A stretch of DNA of 64,000 nt from an uncultured delta proteobacterium (lineage in GTDB: Bacteria; Desulfobacterota; Binatia; UBA9968): contig CAVUVW010000021.1 in the NCBI GenBank assembly GCA_963745035.1, positions 1 to 64,000 on the forward strand. The letters are read 5' to 3'. Below, piece after piece: positions 18,395 to 28,762 of the stretch (position 1 is its first letter; each line of letters begins with the position of its first letter). A program made the position numbers and the translations under genes. The notes beneath the pieces were generated by a model. That model was given only the letters and a program-made list of their open reading frames with translations, had not been told where the DNA came from and made no database searches.

Positions 18395-19471
18395 TTACCT
18401 CTGTGGCAACGGGTCGGGGCCGGTGAGCTTTTTGAATAGCTCTACGGCTTCGCGTTCGCGGGGCATGTCTTTGATCGTTTGCTCAAGCTCTTCCGGCATT
18501 TGCGGTTCGGCCTTGAGGCCGGTGATCTTCGTATACTCTTTGTGAAACTCGGCATCTCTGTAAGTTTTACGCATAGCATCCTGCAGGATTTGTACGCGTT
18601 CTTTCGGGGTGCCGGGCGGCAGAATAAATGGGTTCCCGCTGCCGACGAAGGCGCGGTAGAGCGCGACGAGTTTGCGCTCGAGGGGAGACTTGGCAAAGCT
18701 TTCGATGTCGGGGAGCTCGGCAAAGCGGGGATGGCTGTGTTTCCGGCCCTTCGGGATCTCAATCAGACTGTGGAAGTGCATAAGTCCCTTTTCGACCCAC
18801 TGAGGTTTCTCATGCAGCAGAGCGTCCGCCACGGTTGACCGGGTGTCTATCTCACCCTGCTCGATAGAGACATCGAGTTCCGGAGAAGTGTAACCGGTGA
18901 CGAATTTGGGTTGTTTCAGCCCCATGAGGTACGCGAACATTCGGCCGGAGATGTAGATCAGGTGTCCCACCGACTGGGAGCCGATTTTCAGACCTGAAGC
19001 CGCGCGGAGCTTCTCCAGGCTGTCGAGACCGGCCTCCTTGCGCGTGAAAAAAACATGGTAGCCGCCGCTGTAGCTGGTTCCCAGATAGCTCACTTTATCG
19101 ATGTCATAGAGCACGCCACTCTCTCCGAGAATGGGGTGCATCACGAATGGCGTCGACATGCGGCCGATGGTTAGACCGTCCGGGCGGACCGATTGATACA
19201 TATGGTTTGCCGCCTTCCGCCCGCCGCCGCCATCCATGTACTGCATCACAATGGTGGGATTTCCCGGAATATATTTTTGGAGGAAAGGAACAACGGCTTT
19301 GGTTCGCATGCTTCCGACTCCGCCGGGAGCGCTGCTCTCGAGGATGGTAACGGTTTTCCCCTGGAAGAAAGAAGTTTGCGAAGAAGCGACGCCGCTTGTG
19401 AAGAGACCAAGCAGTAGCGCGCCAAGAGAGACTTGGAGAAACACGATCGGCACGGATCTGTCGTGTTTCAT
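18395..19471 (-). CDS. Orphan TctC/Bug-like substrate-binding protein
   Basis: FFQGKTV.I....PGG, PGNPTI...M.GGGG..AAN..Y..PDGLT, PPGTPKERV; GGAGG RBS before ATG 19471. Confidence 0.8.
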   Translation of the reverse strand: MKHDRSVPIVFLQVSLGALLLGLFTSGVASSQTSFFQGKTVTILESSAPGGVGSMRTKAVVPFLQKYIPGNPTIVMQYMDGGGGRKAANHMYQSVRPDGLTIGRMSTPFVMHPILGESGVLYDIDKVSYLGTSYSGGYHVFFTRKEAGLDSLEKLRAASGLKIGSQSVGHLIYISGRMFAYLMGLKQPKFVTGYTSPELDVSIEQGEIDTRSTVADALLHEKPQWVEKGLMHFHSLIEIPKGRKHSHPRFAELPDIESFAKSPLERKLVALYRAFVGSGNPFILPPGTPKERVQILQDAMRKTYRDAEFHKEYTKITGLKAEPQMPEELEQTIKDMPREREAVELFKKLTGPDPLPQR

Positions 19472-19749
19472 ATGCACCTCCGTGATATGAGAACTCCGGC
19501 CTCTGCGGTTCAAACCGAATCGTATCACCGGGCTCCCTGCGGATGTCAATCGCCAAACATTTAATGGCGTAGCCGTGATTGTTGGACCTGAGGACGCGAC
19601 TGGGGGTGTGAATCACGTGTCTTCGATGGCAGACAGGGGTCTAACTGATCGTGGTTCGAACGTTAAGACCACCTCATCCCAATAAGAAAAGCTTAGGCGC
19701 GACTGCAAGGCCCGAAGCAGTACTCGTGCTTGACCCTAGAAACGACTCG

Positions 19750-20211
19750 TTACTGCGGCGAGGTCGATCCGCTGATCGGCGCAAACTCGTAGATCCCTCC
19801 GTCTGCCATGAGTGCCAGAAAGAGACGACCGTCCTTCAATGTGTAGGAGCGCACGAACTCCCAGTCCTTAACTATGCGGTCGTGAAGAGAGCCGGGCGGG
19901 CATTGCGCGCGAGTGAGCGCGAGCGGGCCGAACTGGAGCTGGTTGGGTCCCGAAGATTTCCACGCTCCACGCCCACGGTTACAGTCGATCCGCGCGCTTA
20001 CACTACCATCCGTCCCGAAGGAGATCGTGTACTTCGCCGGATCGTCGGGCGTCAGTATTCGTTCATCGCTGCTTTGAAACTTGACGAGCTGCCAGGAACT
20101 GCCGCCGAGGTCGGCGGCTGCGCTCCGCGGCGGGGCCGGCGTGCTCACACTGCAGGCGGTGGACAGCAGCGCGGCGGCCAGCAACAAACAAGGTAATCGA
20201 GTGATGCGCAT
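19750..20211 (-). CDS. META-domain (HslJ-like) lipoprotein
   Basis: Lipobox LSTAC; L.G.SWQL, DCN...G, T.A.C motifs. Confidence 0.8.
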   Translation of the reverse strand: MRITRLPCLLLAAALLSTACSVSTPAPPRSAAADLGGSSWQLVKFQSSDERILTPDDPAKYTISFGTDGSVSARIDCNRGRGAWKSSGPNQLQFGPLALTRAQCPPGSLHDRIVKDWEFVRSYTLKDGRLFLALMADGGIYEFAPISGSTSPQ

Positions 20212-20239
20212 GCTGTGAAATGTTCCGCAACAGTTGCAT

Positions 20240-20301
20240 GCCGTTCCAATCGTTCCGCTTGAACGGAGCGAAGCGGTTGACCATCTTGAACGTCTTGAAC
20301 C
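20240..20301. repeat. GTTC/TTGAAC degenerate tandem array
   Basis: ccgttccaatcgttcc ... ttgaacggagcgaagcggttgaccatcttgaacgtcttgaac. Confidence 0.6.
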
Positions 20302-20313
20302 CGGCGTGGCTGG

Positions 20314-20931
20314 TTAGCTGTTTACAGCGGCCCTCTTCAGGTTGGCGCCGAGCTTGATGTTTTCGGAGCGAGTCACGCTGACGTTGTAGTTGTAAGCCGG
20401 TGAGCGGAACTGGCTGAGGGCGAATTGCTGGCCTTCGGCGCGGCTGGCGTGGATGCAATCCTCCGGCACGTGGATGATGTAGTTCCTGATGTGAAATCCG
20501 ATGACCGCGTGGTACACGCAGTTGTTCGAGCCGATGCCCGTGACGACGATATGGTCGCGGCAGGGGCGTAGATCGAATTTCTTTAGCTGCTCTTCCATGA
20601 CCGTCTGATAGAAGCAGTCGTGGGAGAATTTTTTTACGACAGGTTCGCCGGCGTGGGGTTTGAGCTCCTCGACAAATTCCACCGCCGGGCTGTCATCGAT
20701 CAGCGAATAGTCTTTCCCGAAGAAGGTGAATTCCGGATGCTCTTTCGTTCTTACCGATTGCACGTGGATGATTTTGCCATTGGCCTGGCGAAAGCGGTCC
20801 AGCAAAGATCTGATGTTGCGGATGACAGGTTTGAGTGTGGCGCCATGCCTTTCGCAACCCTCGGCTTGCATGTCCACGATGATGAGGCCGGATCCTTGTG
20901 GTGTAAGCTCGATTGTCCGTTCAGTGTCCAT
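20314..20931 (-). CDS. Isochorismatase-family cysteine hydrolase
   Basis: IIVDMQ (Asp), VVKK...CFY.T (Lys), VTGIGSNNCV (Cys). Confidence 0.85.
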   Translation of the reverse strand: MDTERTIELTPQGSGLIIVDMQAEGCERHGATLKPVIRNIRSLLDRFRQANGKIIHVQSVRTKEHPEFTFFGKDYSLIDDSPAVEFVEELKPHAGEPVVKKFSHDCFYQTVMEEQLKKFDLRPCRDHIVVTGIGSNNCVYHAVIGFHIRNYIIHVPEDCIHASRAEGQQFALSQFRSPAYNYNVSVTRSENIKLGANLKRAAVNS

Positions 20932-20963
20932 GAGAACCTCCGAAGAATGTATCAACCGATTCT

Positions 20964-21968
20964 TTATCGAGACCCGACGGCTCGCGTCAAGTAAGTGTCG
21001 TCGAAATATTTCTGCGGGGGATCTGAAATATCGATTTGCTTCAAAAGCGCCGCGATGTTTTCCCTCTTGAGACGGATGTCGAGATCGGCCACGTAATAAT
21101 CCAGCGCTTTCCTCTCGATGGCGATGTCGCCGCGAAGTCCGTGCCGAATGCCGAGCGCAACGGCTTTCTCCTTGTCGCGGCGGATAAGATCGTTGGCTTT
21201 ATCGAGCGCCCTGAGGAATCGCACCGTTTTATCCGGGCTGGAGCCGGCAAATTCGCGCGTCGATGCGACGATCGTTGACGGAATTTCCGTCAGCGTTTCT
21301 CGCGTGTCCAAAAGCATCGTGAATCCGTCTCTCTCCGCTTGAACGCGTTGTCCCGGGGTGAGCGGCACGGCCTGGACCTTGCCGGTTTTGAGCGCGGCGA
21401 TGCGGGCAGCCGGTCCGCCTTCGATATTGAGAACGGAAAAATCCCGATCTTTCACCAGCCCGTGGCGGCGCAGAGATTCCACAACCGTGAATTCTCCCAT
21501 GCCGCCGATCCCTGTGATGCCGATCGTTTTGCCTTTCAAATCTGCCACGGTCTTGAGGCCCTTGCCGGTCATAAGCGCGTAGCTCATACGATTAAGGTGA
21601 CCGCCGACGACCACCACGGGAGCGCCGCGGGCAATGCCGCGCAAAATGGCAACGGCGCCCGCGATCACGATATCGGCCTGGCCACTCATAAGTAGCGCCA
21701 TCATGATCGGGCCGCTGCTGGAAAGCGTCACGGGTCTCACGTCCAAACTTTCTTCTTTGAAAAAGCCGGCCCCACGGGCAACGGCGGTAGGCAGGCCGGT
21801 ATTCCAACTCGGCGACACCAGGGCCACGGTGACAACCTGGAGATCCGCCGCGCTGGAGAAATTAGGGACGAGACCGAAGATCGATACAATTGCTGCTAAA
21901 AAGATTTTCTTCATACGTCCGCTGGGCATCAACGAATCAGGGAAAGCAGATTGTTGAGAAACCGTCAT
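20964..21968 (-). CDS. ABC substrate-binding protein, NitT/TauT/SsuA-like
   Basis: A...GFFKEE.LDV, ALLMSGQAD, DLKGKTIGI; probable start at MKKIFL. Confidence 0.82.
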   Translation of the reverse strand: MTVSQQSAFPDSLMPSGRMKKIFLAAIVSIFGLVPNFSSAADLQVVTVALVSPSWNTGLPTAVARGAGFFKEESLDVRPVTLSSSGPIMMALLMSGQADIVIAGAVAILRGIARGAPVVVVGGHLNRMSYALMTGKGLKTVADLKGKTIGITGIGGMGEFTVVESLRRHGLVKDRDFSVLNIEGGPAARIAALKTGKVQAVPLTPGQRVQAERDGFTMLLDTRETLTEIPSTIVASTREFAGSSPDKTVRFLRALDKANDLIRRDKEKAVALGIRHGLRGDIAIERKALDYYVADLDIRLKRENIAALLKQIDISDPPQKYFDDTYLTRAVGSR

Positions 21969-22074
21969 CGGATTTTAGCCGTTGACGATGGGAGCGGTTT
22001 AGAGTCGCGATTCCGCATGCTTAAGGCTCTCAAGCATCAATCAATCTCGCGGACCGCGTAATGTTGTAGCAGCG

Positions 22075-22104
22075 ATCATAGAAGACCTCTCGACGCGCTG
22101 TCAA
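22075..22104 (-). promoter_or_regulatory. Sigma70-type promoter
   Basis: Minus strand TTGACA-18 bp-TATGAT upstream of the binding-protein gene. Confidence 0.6.
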
Positions 22105-22284
22105 TCATCCGCGCGCTCGTGCGCGACAGCGCGCTTTGGATCGAACAGGCGTCAGCTCGTAGCAACTATCTGTAGACACTCTGTATCCAACAGTTCACAC
22201 CTCCTCACGCCTCACGAAGCTCTAAGGCCGGGGGTTTAGCCGAAAAATCATGAAGTTGCTCGGTTATAAGTGCCGAGATGCTGT

Positions 22285-22299
22285 TGGCATCACATTTGC
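22285..22299 (+). promoter_or_regulatory. Sigma54 (-24/-12) promoter
   Basis: TGGCAT-CACAT-TTGC with canonical spacing, upstream of the ORF at 22426. Confidence 0.6.
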
Positions 22300-22425
22300 G
22301 CCTAGCCCTTGCAGTATTTGCTCTACACCGCGTCTAGCTGGGTTAGAGGGACGCAATGATCGACGATCGGCTCTTAGCGGTGCATCGCGCGACTTTCTGA
22401 GAACATAGCTCTGGAGAAAAAAGCA

Positions 22426-22986
22426 ATGCGACAATCTGACGCAATGGCGATGAGTGGGCGGACGACACGATCAGACTCGACACCATCTAGGGTCGCGACG
22501 CAATGCCGGGTGATTACATATCTAGCGGCGGTATCGCCGTTTCTGCTGATGATCGTTCTGGCAGGCGTTTATCCCGATTTAAACCGAACAGAAGTTTCTG
22601 ATTGGCGACCGCTGATTTCTCTCGCAGACGAAGCGTTAAATAGAGGCGATCGATATGAAGCGAGACGCTTGTATTTGCAGGTTGACCGAATCGCCTATTG
22701 GCGAAAAGATTGGGAGGGACTCGTCGCCGCTGCTTGCCGCATCAACAAGCTCGACGGTCTTAAACAGCCCTCACCGAAAGCTCTTTCCATTTTGTTCCGG
22801 GCCGCGAGAACGGCGGAGCTTGCCCAAAGTGGCCGCGGCCTTGCCGTCGTGGCATTATCTCTCTCAATGCTGGGCTCGGGCGAAGCCGCATCCGCAGTCC
22901 TGGACCGAAACCAAGCCGATTGGTTAACTGAGCCGATAAGCTCTGATGATCTCAGCTTGTTAGCAGGGTGCTCTCGATCACAATAG
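22426..22986 (+). CDS. Hypothetical membrane-anchored helical protein
   Basis: 186-aa ORF with one TM segment, then an Ala/Leu-rich helical region; GGAG RBS; no family recognised. Confidence 0.55.
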   Translation: MRQSDAMAMSGRTTRSDSTPSRVATQCRVITYLAAVSPFLLMIVLAGVYPDLNRTEVSDWRPLISLADEALNRGDRYEARRLYLQVDRIAYWRKDWEGLVAAACRINKLDGLKQPSPKALSILFRAARTAELAQSGRGLAVVALSLSMLGSGEAASAVLDRNQADWLTEPISSDDLSLLAGCSRSQ

Positions 22987-23236
22987 CCGGGGTGAACAGT
23001 CTCTGATTTCGACTGTAAAGGCATCCACCAGCTCGGACAATCTTTGACGTCGAGGACCAACTCGTCGCCTCGGAAAACGCCTCGTTACGGTTATCCTCCC
23101 TCGGGCGTATATCTTACCGCGCGATCCGATTGACGCGTCGGCGACTTGGCGATAGCGTGAGCGCAAATCCGCTCGACAACGAAATAGTTTTGTCGCAACC
23201 GCGACGGATCTGAAACTCACCTATGAGAGGAAAACA

Positions 23237-24418
23237 ATGGCGCAAACCAATCCAATACGCGTAGGCCTGATCGGTGCGGGCGGCAGGTGGGGGCCGCGGG
23301 CGCATGTGCCGGCGCTACAGGGCATACCAGAGACCGAGCTTTATGCCGTGTGTACTGCGCATACGGAAACTGCTCAGACGGCGGCCGATAAGTTCGGCGT
23401 GGAATGCGCGTACGGCAGCGACAAAGCGTTGAACGCCGACAAGCGGGTCGAAGCCGTGGCGGTCGCAGTACGCGTGCCGGCGCACTATGCGCTTAGCAAG
23501 AGCGCGATCGAGTCGGGGAAGCATGTTTTCTGCGAATGGCCCCTCGGGGCAAATACCAAAGAGGCCGAAGAGCTCGCGGCGCTGGCGCGCCAGAAAAACG
23601 TGCGCACGATCGTCGGATTGCAGCGCCGCGCGTCGCCCGCCTATCTGTACATGCGCGAGCTGATCCAGCAAGGCTACGTCGGACAGGTGTTGTCGGTGAA
23701 CATGACCTTGATGAACAGCGGCGTGCTGACCCGCACCTCGGATCGCACCTGGCAGCGCGATGTGACTCTGGGAGCGAACACGTTGACGATTACATTCGCG
23801 CACGTATTTGATGCCATGTGCATGGTCGTCGGCGAGCTGGCCGAAGTGTCGGCGCTGGTCTCCACCCAAGTGCCGCAGTGGTTCGAGACCGACACGAAAC
23901 AATACGTGGACGTTACTTCGCCCGACAACATCATGGTTCACGGCCGGCTCGAAAACGGTGCCATCGTCAACGCGTACTGCGGCGTACATCCGTACCACGG
24001 CAGCGGCCATCGCTTCGAGATCTACGGTACCGAGGGCACACTGGCGATGATCGGCGGCGGCGAGGGCGGCGAGGAGCGCCGGCGCAAGGTCATGGGGGGA
24101 CACAAAGACGACAAGACACTGCAAGAATTGGCGGTACCCGAGAAGTTCACTTCGGTGCCCGAAGCCGTGCGCAATGGCGGTGCGGCGTACGACGTTGGCC
24201 AGATGTGGGTCAAGTTTGCCGAAGGAATACGCACGGGTTCGCCGATCGACGCCGACTTCGATCACGCGGTGCGACGGCACCGAACTTTAGATGCCATCGT
24301 GCGCGCGTCACAGACGGGGCAACGGCAGAAAGTTGTATCTGTGAGAAAGCGGTTCAAACCGTTTGAGACGTTCAAGGCCCCTGATCAAGTCCGGAGTTCG
24401 TTCAAAACGTTCGACTGA
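23237..24418 (+). CDS. Gfo/Idh/MocA-family oxidoreductase
   Basis: IRVGLIGAG, H.PA, GKHVFCEWP. The true end may be KVVL-stop at about 24344, since the last 25 residues are translated repeat DNA. Confidence 0.88.
   Translation: MAQTNPIRVGLIGAGGRWGPRAHVPALQGIPETELYAVCTAHTETAQTAADKFGVECAYGSDKALNADKRVEAVAVAVRVPAHYALSKSAIESGKHVFCEWPLGANTKEAEELAALARQKNVRTIVGLQRRASPAYLYMRELIQQGYVGQVLSVNMTLMNSGVLTRTSDRTWQRDVTLGANTLTITFAHVFDAMCMVVGELAEVSALVSTQVPQWFETDTKQYVDVTSPDNIMVHGRLENGAIVNAYCGVHPYHGSGHRFEIYGTEGTLAMIGGGEGGEERRRKVMGGHKDDKTLQELAVPEKFTSVPEAVRNGGAAYDVGQMWVKFAEGIRTGSPIDADFDHAVRRHRTLDAIVRASQTGQRQKVVSVRKRFKPFETFKAPDQVRSSFKTFD
24351..24415. repeat. GTTCAA degenerate tandem array
   Basis: ggttcaaacc gtttgagac gttcaagg ... 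gttc gttcaaaac gttcgac. Confidence 0.6.
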
Positions 24419-24536
24419 TCAGATACAGGCGAAGTCCGGTTCGTGCTACATCGCTGCGATTGAACAATGATGATTGACGAGTCGCCGTCTTAGCGATAGC
24501 GAGGAAATAAATTAAAAGGCGAGAGGAGCGACGACC

Positions 24537-25993
24537 ATGAACATCGAGCGGCGGAGATACACGATGGTCTGAAGCATCCGGTGATTGACGGCGACGGTCA
24601 TTGGTTGGAGCCGATACCCATTTTCCTCGAGTACCTCCGCGAAGTGGGGGGCGCTAAATCCGTCGATCAGATGAGAGCGCTGTGGCGGGGCAGGGATGCG
24701 TGGTACCGAGCCACGCCACAAGAGCGTGAGCACAACCGGCTGCGCCGCGCCATATGGTGGGGCGTGACCAGCAATACCTACGACAAAGCCACGGCGCTAT
24801 TGCCAGCATTGCTGAATGAGCGCCTGCCCGAACTGGGCATCGACTTCGCGCTGATCTATCCGAGCTTCGGGCTCAGCATCAACGGCATGTCCGAAGGCGA
24901 TCTGCACCGGGCCGCGGTGCGCGCCTACAACATGATGACGGCCGACATGTTCGCGCCGTTTGCTGAGAGGTTTGCGCCGGTCGCCATTATTCCCAGCCAT
25001 ACGCCGAACGAAGGTTTGGAAGAGTTGGAGTATGCGGTCAAGCAGCGGGGTTACAAAGCGATCATGCTCCGCGGGAATCAGGAGCGGGCGATCCCAAGCG
25101 CGGCGGACGGGATCGATCGACAGAAGGCGGCCTGGTACGTCGATACCATTGCCCTCGACAGTCCCTACGATTATGAGCGGTTCTGGCGGCGCTGCGTCGA
25201 GCTCGGGGTGGCCGTAACGCAACACTCGGGCAGCGGCCGCTGGCATGACCGCGCCTCGATCAACAACTTTACTTACAATCACGTCGGCCACTTCGCCGAG
25301 TCGAATCACGCGTTCGCGCGCGGCGTTTTCCTCGGCGGTCTCGTGCGCCGCTACCCAACTCTCAATTTCGGTTTTATGGAAGGAGGCGTGAGCTGGGCCT
25401 GCCAGATGTGCCTCGACATGATCGAACATTGGGAGAAACGCCGCCGCGATGGGCTGCAGTATCCGAATGCAACCAGCATCTCTGAGATGCATCAGCTCAT
25501 CGATAAGTATGGGGATCAAAAGCTCAAAGCCAACGCGGACGCGCTCATGAACAACCTCGACGCATTCCGTCCGGAGTGCAGCCTGGAGGAGCTCGGCCTG
25601 CCAGAGCATGTGGTCGATGATTTCGAGGCGGCAGGGGTCAATTCAAAGGAGGATGTTCGGGCCGTCTTCTCCGATAATTTTTACTTCGGCTGCGAGGCGG
25701 ATGATCGCGCAACGATGTGGGCCTTCGATCCGCGCATGGGCGTGCGACTCCGGCCGGTGTTCAGCTCCGACTTCACCCATTTCGACGTGCCTGATTTCGG
25801 CGAGGTGATCCCCGAAGCGTTCGAGATGGTGGAGAAAGGCTTCGTGACAGAGCAGGATTTCCGCGAGTTCACGTTCACCAACGCCGCGCGCCTGCACACG
25901 CGCAACAATCCGGATTTTTTCAAAGGCACCGTCGTCGAGCAAGCGGTGGCCGATGAGCTTGGACTGAGGATGCGGTCAGCGGCGAGAGCCTGA
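24537..25993 (+). CDS. Amidohydrolase_2-family metalloenzyme (N-terminal frameshift)
   Basis: HPVIDGDGH, VTQH, GHFA, FMEGG..W, FYFGCEADD, FSSDFTHFD; GAGGAG RBS and ATG at 24537, one base out of frame. Confidence 0.82.
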
Positions 25994-26009
25994 CCAACAA
26001 GTTGCGATC

Positions 26010-26076
26010 TAGAGTCCGGCTTCCTGGGGTCCCGAGTTTTGGCGCGAGACGCCAGACGCGAAACTTGAGACCTTGA
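26010..26076. repeat. Degenerate heptamer array between convergent genes
   Basis: cgagacg ccagacg cgaaact tgagacc, with a loosely complementary left arm. Confidence 0.45.
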
Positions 26077-26132
26077 TGTGCGCCTCCGCTGTAGGATCTT
26101 TGAGCAGCGTAAAAATTAGGCCGGACGGCTTG

Positions 26133-26651
26133 CTACCATGCTTCCGTCCCGGGCTCGCCTTTCCATGGACCCACGATTTCGTCGGTGATCCAGCCGCCGT
26201 AAAAATAACCTGGCTGGGGGCGGACGCGCTTGCCGTCCACGAGGCACTCGACGCGGCCGGGATAAAAGGAAAGATACCCTGAGATTGTGCCGTAGGGTGC
26301 TTGCGCCGTCGGATAACTCCAGGCAATCGCTTCCCGCGCCGTTTCAAGCGCCCAGTAGTTTGCCGCACCTTTCCACTCGCAAAACGACGTGCCGGGAAAC
26401 GGCTTCAGCAGTTCCACGCGCACATCTCGCGGCGGAATGTAGAATGTCGGCGGTCCCGCGGTCTCGAGGACACGATACGTTTCAATCGATTCCGCGATGA
26501 GCAGATCGCCGCATCGCACTACGGTGCGCCGACGATCTGCAACGAGTTTTGGCGGCCGTGGATAATCCCAGACGGACTCCTGTTCGGGACCTGGGGTTGC
26601 GGCAAAGGGCGGGCGCTTGGTGCCGGTATATTCCCAAATGGGTTTCGCCAT
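26133..26651 (-). CDS. DUF427 domain protein
   Basis: ESVWDYPRPP, VLET..PP.FYIP, SFCEWKG.A.YW, AWSYP, FYGGWIT. Confidence 0.88.
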   Translation of the reverse strand: MAKPIWEYTGTKRPPFAATPGPEQESVWDYPRPPKLVADRRRTVVRCGDLLIAESIETYRVLETAGPPTFYIPPRDVRVELLKPFPGTSFCEWKGAANYWALETAREAIAWSYPTAQAPYGTISGYLSFYPGRVECLVDGKRVRPQPGYFYGGWITDEIVGPWKGEPGTEAW

Positions 26652-26665
26652 CAGCGAAGATCCGA

Positions 26666-27688
26666 TTACGCCGAATGGTTTTTTGTCTTTTCTAATCCAA
26701 ACTCTTCCGCCAGCAGCTCGTAGGAGCGATGGCGCGGAGCGGCGTCGTAAGTCCAGGTGACAATCACCAGTTCGTCCAGTTCCAGACTTTTCGCGAGTTC
26801 TTTCAGGCGCGTGGCGACCTGCTCCGAAGACCCCACGATCGCTTTGCGCCGTAGTTTTTCGGCGGTCGCAAGCTCGGCGGGAGAATATGGGCGCTCGGCT
26901 TCCCCGGGCGGCATGAGCGGAAGACGGACGCCTTGTCGGCGATCGATGATCGCGCGCTCGCGGCTTTTGAATTGGTGCAGCGCTTCTTCCTCGGTATCGG
27001 CGGCCAGGGCCCAGACGCAGATCGTGGCGATGGGTTTAGGATTCAATTCGCTCGGCCGATAGTTTTTTCGGTAAAGGTCCAGTGCCTGTTCCACGCCGGT
27101 ACCTTCACTGAAAAAGTATGCGAACGCGTAGGGCAAGCCGAAATGGGCCGCCAGTTGAGCGCCGTAATCCGAGCTGCCGAGTATCCATAGTTCCGGCGTG
27201 CTCGGCCCGGTCGGTTGGGCGATGATTCGATGAAACGGGTGGCGCTCCGGCAGCGGGGTTCCCGAAACCCAATGCCACAGCTCCTGCACCTGGCGGGGAA
27301 ACTGATCGAGCACGTTCTCTGGATTCGGATTGAGAGCCAATGAAGTCATCTGGTCCGAGCCGGGCGCGCGCCCGATTCCCAGATCAATCCGGCCCGGAGC
27401 GATCGCTTCCAGGACGCGGAATTGCTCGGCAACTTTCAACGCGGAGTAGTGCGGCAGCATGACGCCGGCGCTGCCGACGCGGATGCGCGGCGTGGTGGCC
27501 GCGATCGCCGACATGAGCACCTCGGGCGCGGTACCGACGATGCTGCCGGAGTTGTGATGCTCCGAAACCCAAAAGCGATGATAGCCCAGTGCGTCGCAAC
27601 GGCCGGCGAGCTCGAGAGTCTCGCGGATCGCAACATCCTGCGTTTTTCCCTTTGATGTCGTTGATTGATCGAGTACTGACAATCTCAT
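26666..27688 (-). CDS. Luciferase-like monooxygenase (YhbW/group 1 type)
   Basis: LSVLDQS, GYHRFWVSEHH, IRVGSAGVMLPHYS.LKVAEQF, GRIDLGIGRAPG, LGSSDYGA. Confidence 0.92.
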   Translation of the reverse strand: MRLSVLDQSTTSKGKTQDVAIRETLELAGRCDALGYHRFWVSEHHNSGSIVGTAPEVLMSAIAATTPRIRVGSAGVMLPHYSALKVAEQFRVLEAIAPGRIDLGIGRAPGSDQMTSLALNPNPENVLDQFPRQVQELWHWVSGTPLPERHPFHRIIAQPTGPSTPELWILGSSDYGAQLAAHFGLPYAFAYFFSEGTGVEQALDLYRKNYRPSELNPKPIATICVWALAADTEEEALHQFKSRERAIIDRRQGVRLPLMPPGEAERPYSPAELATAEKLRRKAIVGSSEQVATRLKELAKSLELDELVIVTWTYDAAPRHRSYELLAEEFGLEKTKNHSA

Positions 27689-27819
27689 GGCCGGCTTCGG
27701 TCGGAGAATTCCATCTTCATCGGCTCTCTGCAGATTACTACGCGGCCGTTATCTCGGGGATGACACTCAGGGAAATTCCCATCGAGCATCTCTGATGTTT
27801 GGCAGATATGCGAAGTGGC

Positions 27820-28734
27820 TCAGCCGAGCCGGTCGCCGACTGTCAAACCAACCTGCCTGGCGAATTCCGCTGCCGCGATTTTGGCGCCTTCGCCACGGAG
27901 TCTTTTAACGGTGAGCGCTCCGCCCTCGAGCGCGATGGTAACCTCTTCCGCGCCGATGGCGGTGACCTGACCTGATGCCACGGCGTTAGCGCCGTTCTGC
28001 AAACGGGCGTCGAACAGGCGCACCATGTTGCCGTTGTAGGTCGTGTGCGCGCCGGGCTGGGGATCGCAGCCGCGAATCAAGTTGTAGACTTCTTGAGCGG
28101 GTTTGGACCAGTCGATTCCGGCGTGCTCATCGGTGCACGGCGGATCGTAGCTTGCCTTGGATTCGTCTTGCACAATACGGGGCGGGTTGCCCGCCCGAAT
28201 GATGTCCACCGCCTCGCCGATGGCTTCGATGCCCAGCGGAAAAAGTTTGTTGAAATACAGCGTGCCGGTGGTGTCGTCCGCGCCCACCGGCACTTCCTTC
28301 TGCAAGAGAATGGGACCTGTGTCGATGCCCTTATCCAACCAGAAAATTGTCAAACCGGTTACGGTTTCTCCCCGGATCAGGGACCAATTGATCGCGGTCC
28401 GGCCGCGGTATTTTGGCAATAGTGAAGGATGATAGCAGATGCTGCCGAGCCGCGGCGCATTGAACAGCGGCGGAGGAATGATCTGGCTCACAAACGCCAG
28501 AATCGCCAGATCCGCCTTGAGGGAAACGAATTGCTCGGTTACCTCCGGCGTCTTGAGCGTTTTGTGTTGATGCACCGGGATACCGAGCTGAAGCGCTCTT
28601 TGCTTGACCGGATCGATTCTTCCGCCGGGCGCGTCGGGAAAACAGAACACGCCCAGCACCTCCTCCCCTTTGCTGAGAAGTTTATCGAGTGTCTTTTCCG
28701 CAAACGCCGCTTGGCCGATGAGGATGATTCGCAA
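27820..28734 (-). CDS. Formyltransferase/10-formyl-THF hydrolase-like protein (Fmt fold)
   Basis: YHPSLLPKYRG..AINW, D.GIDTGPILLQ, YNLIRG.DP.PGA; N-terminus IGQ..F rather than the Fmt FMGTP.F. Confidence 0.8.
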   Translation of the reverse strand: MRIILIGQAAFAEKTLDKLLSKGEEVLGVFCFPDAPGGRIDPVKQRALQLGIPVHQHKTLKTPEVTEQFVSLKADLAILAFVSQIIPPPLFNAPRLGSICYHPSLLPKYRGRTAINWSLIRGETVTGLTIFWLDKGIDTGPILLQKEVPVGADDTTGTLYFNKLFPLGIEAIGEAVDIIRAGNPPRIVQDESKASYDPPCTDEHAGIDWSKPAQEVYNLIRGCDPQPGAHTTYNGNMVRLFDARLQNGANAVASGQVTAIGAEEVTIALEGGALTVKRLRGEGAKIAAAEFARQVGLTVGDRLG

Positions 28735-28762
28735 GGTCGTACTCGCTTTCCAATCGGCGATA

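Noticed and set aside
19560-19745. tRNA or riboswitch in the gap containing GGTTCGAA
   Set aside because: No cloverleaf, acceptor stem or known aptamer consensus could be built; only scattered short stems.
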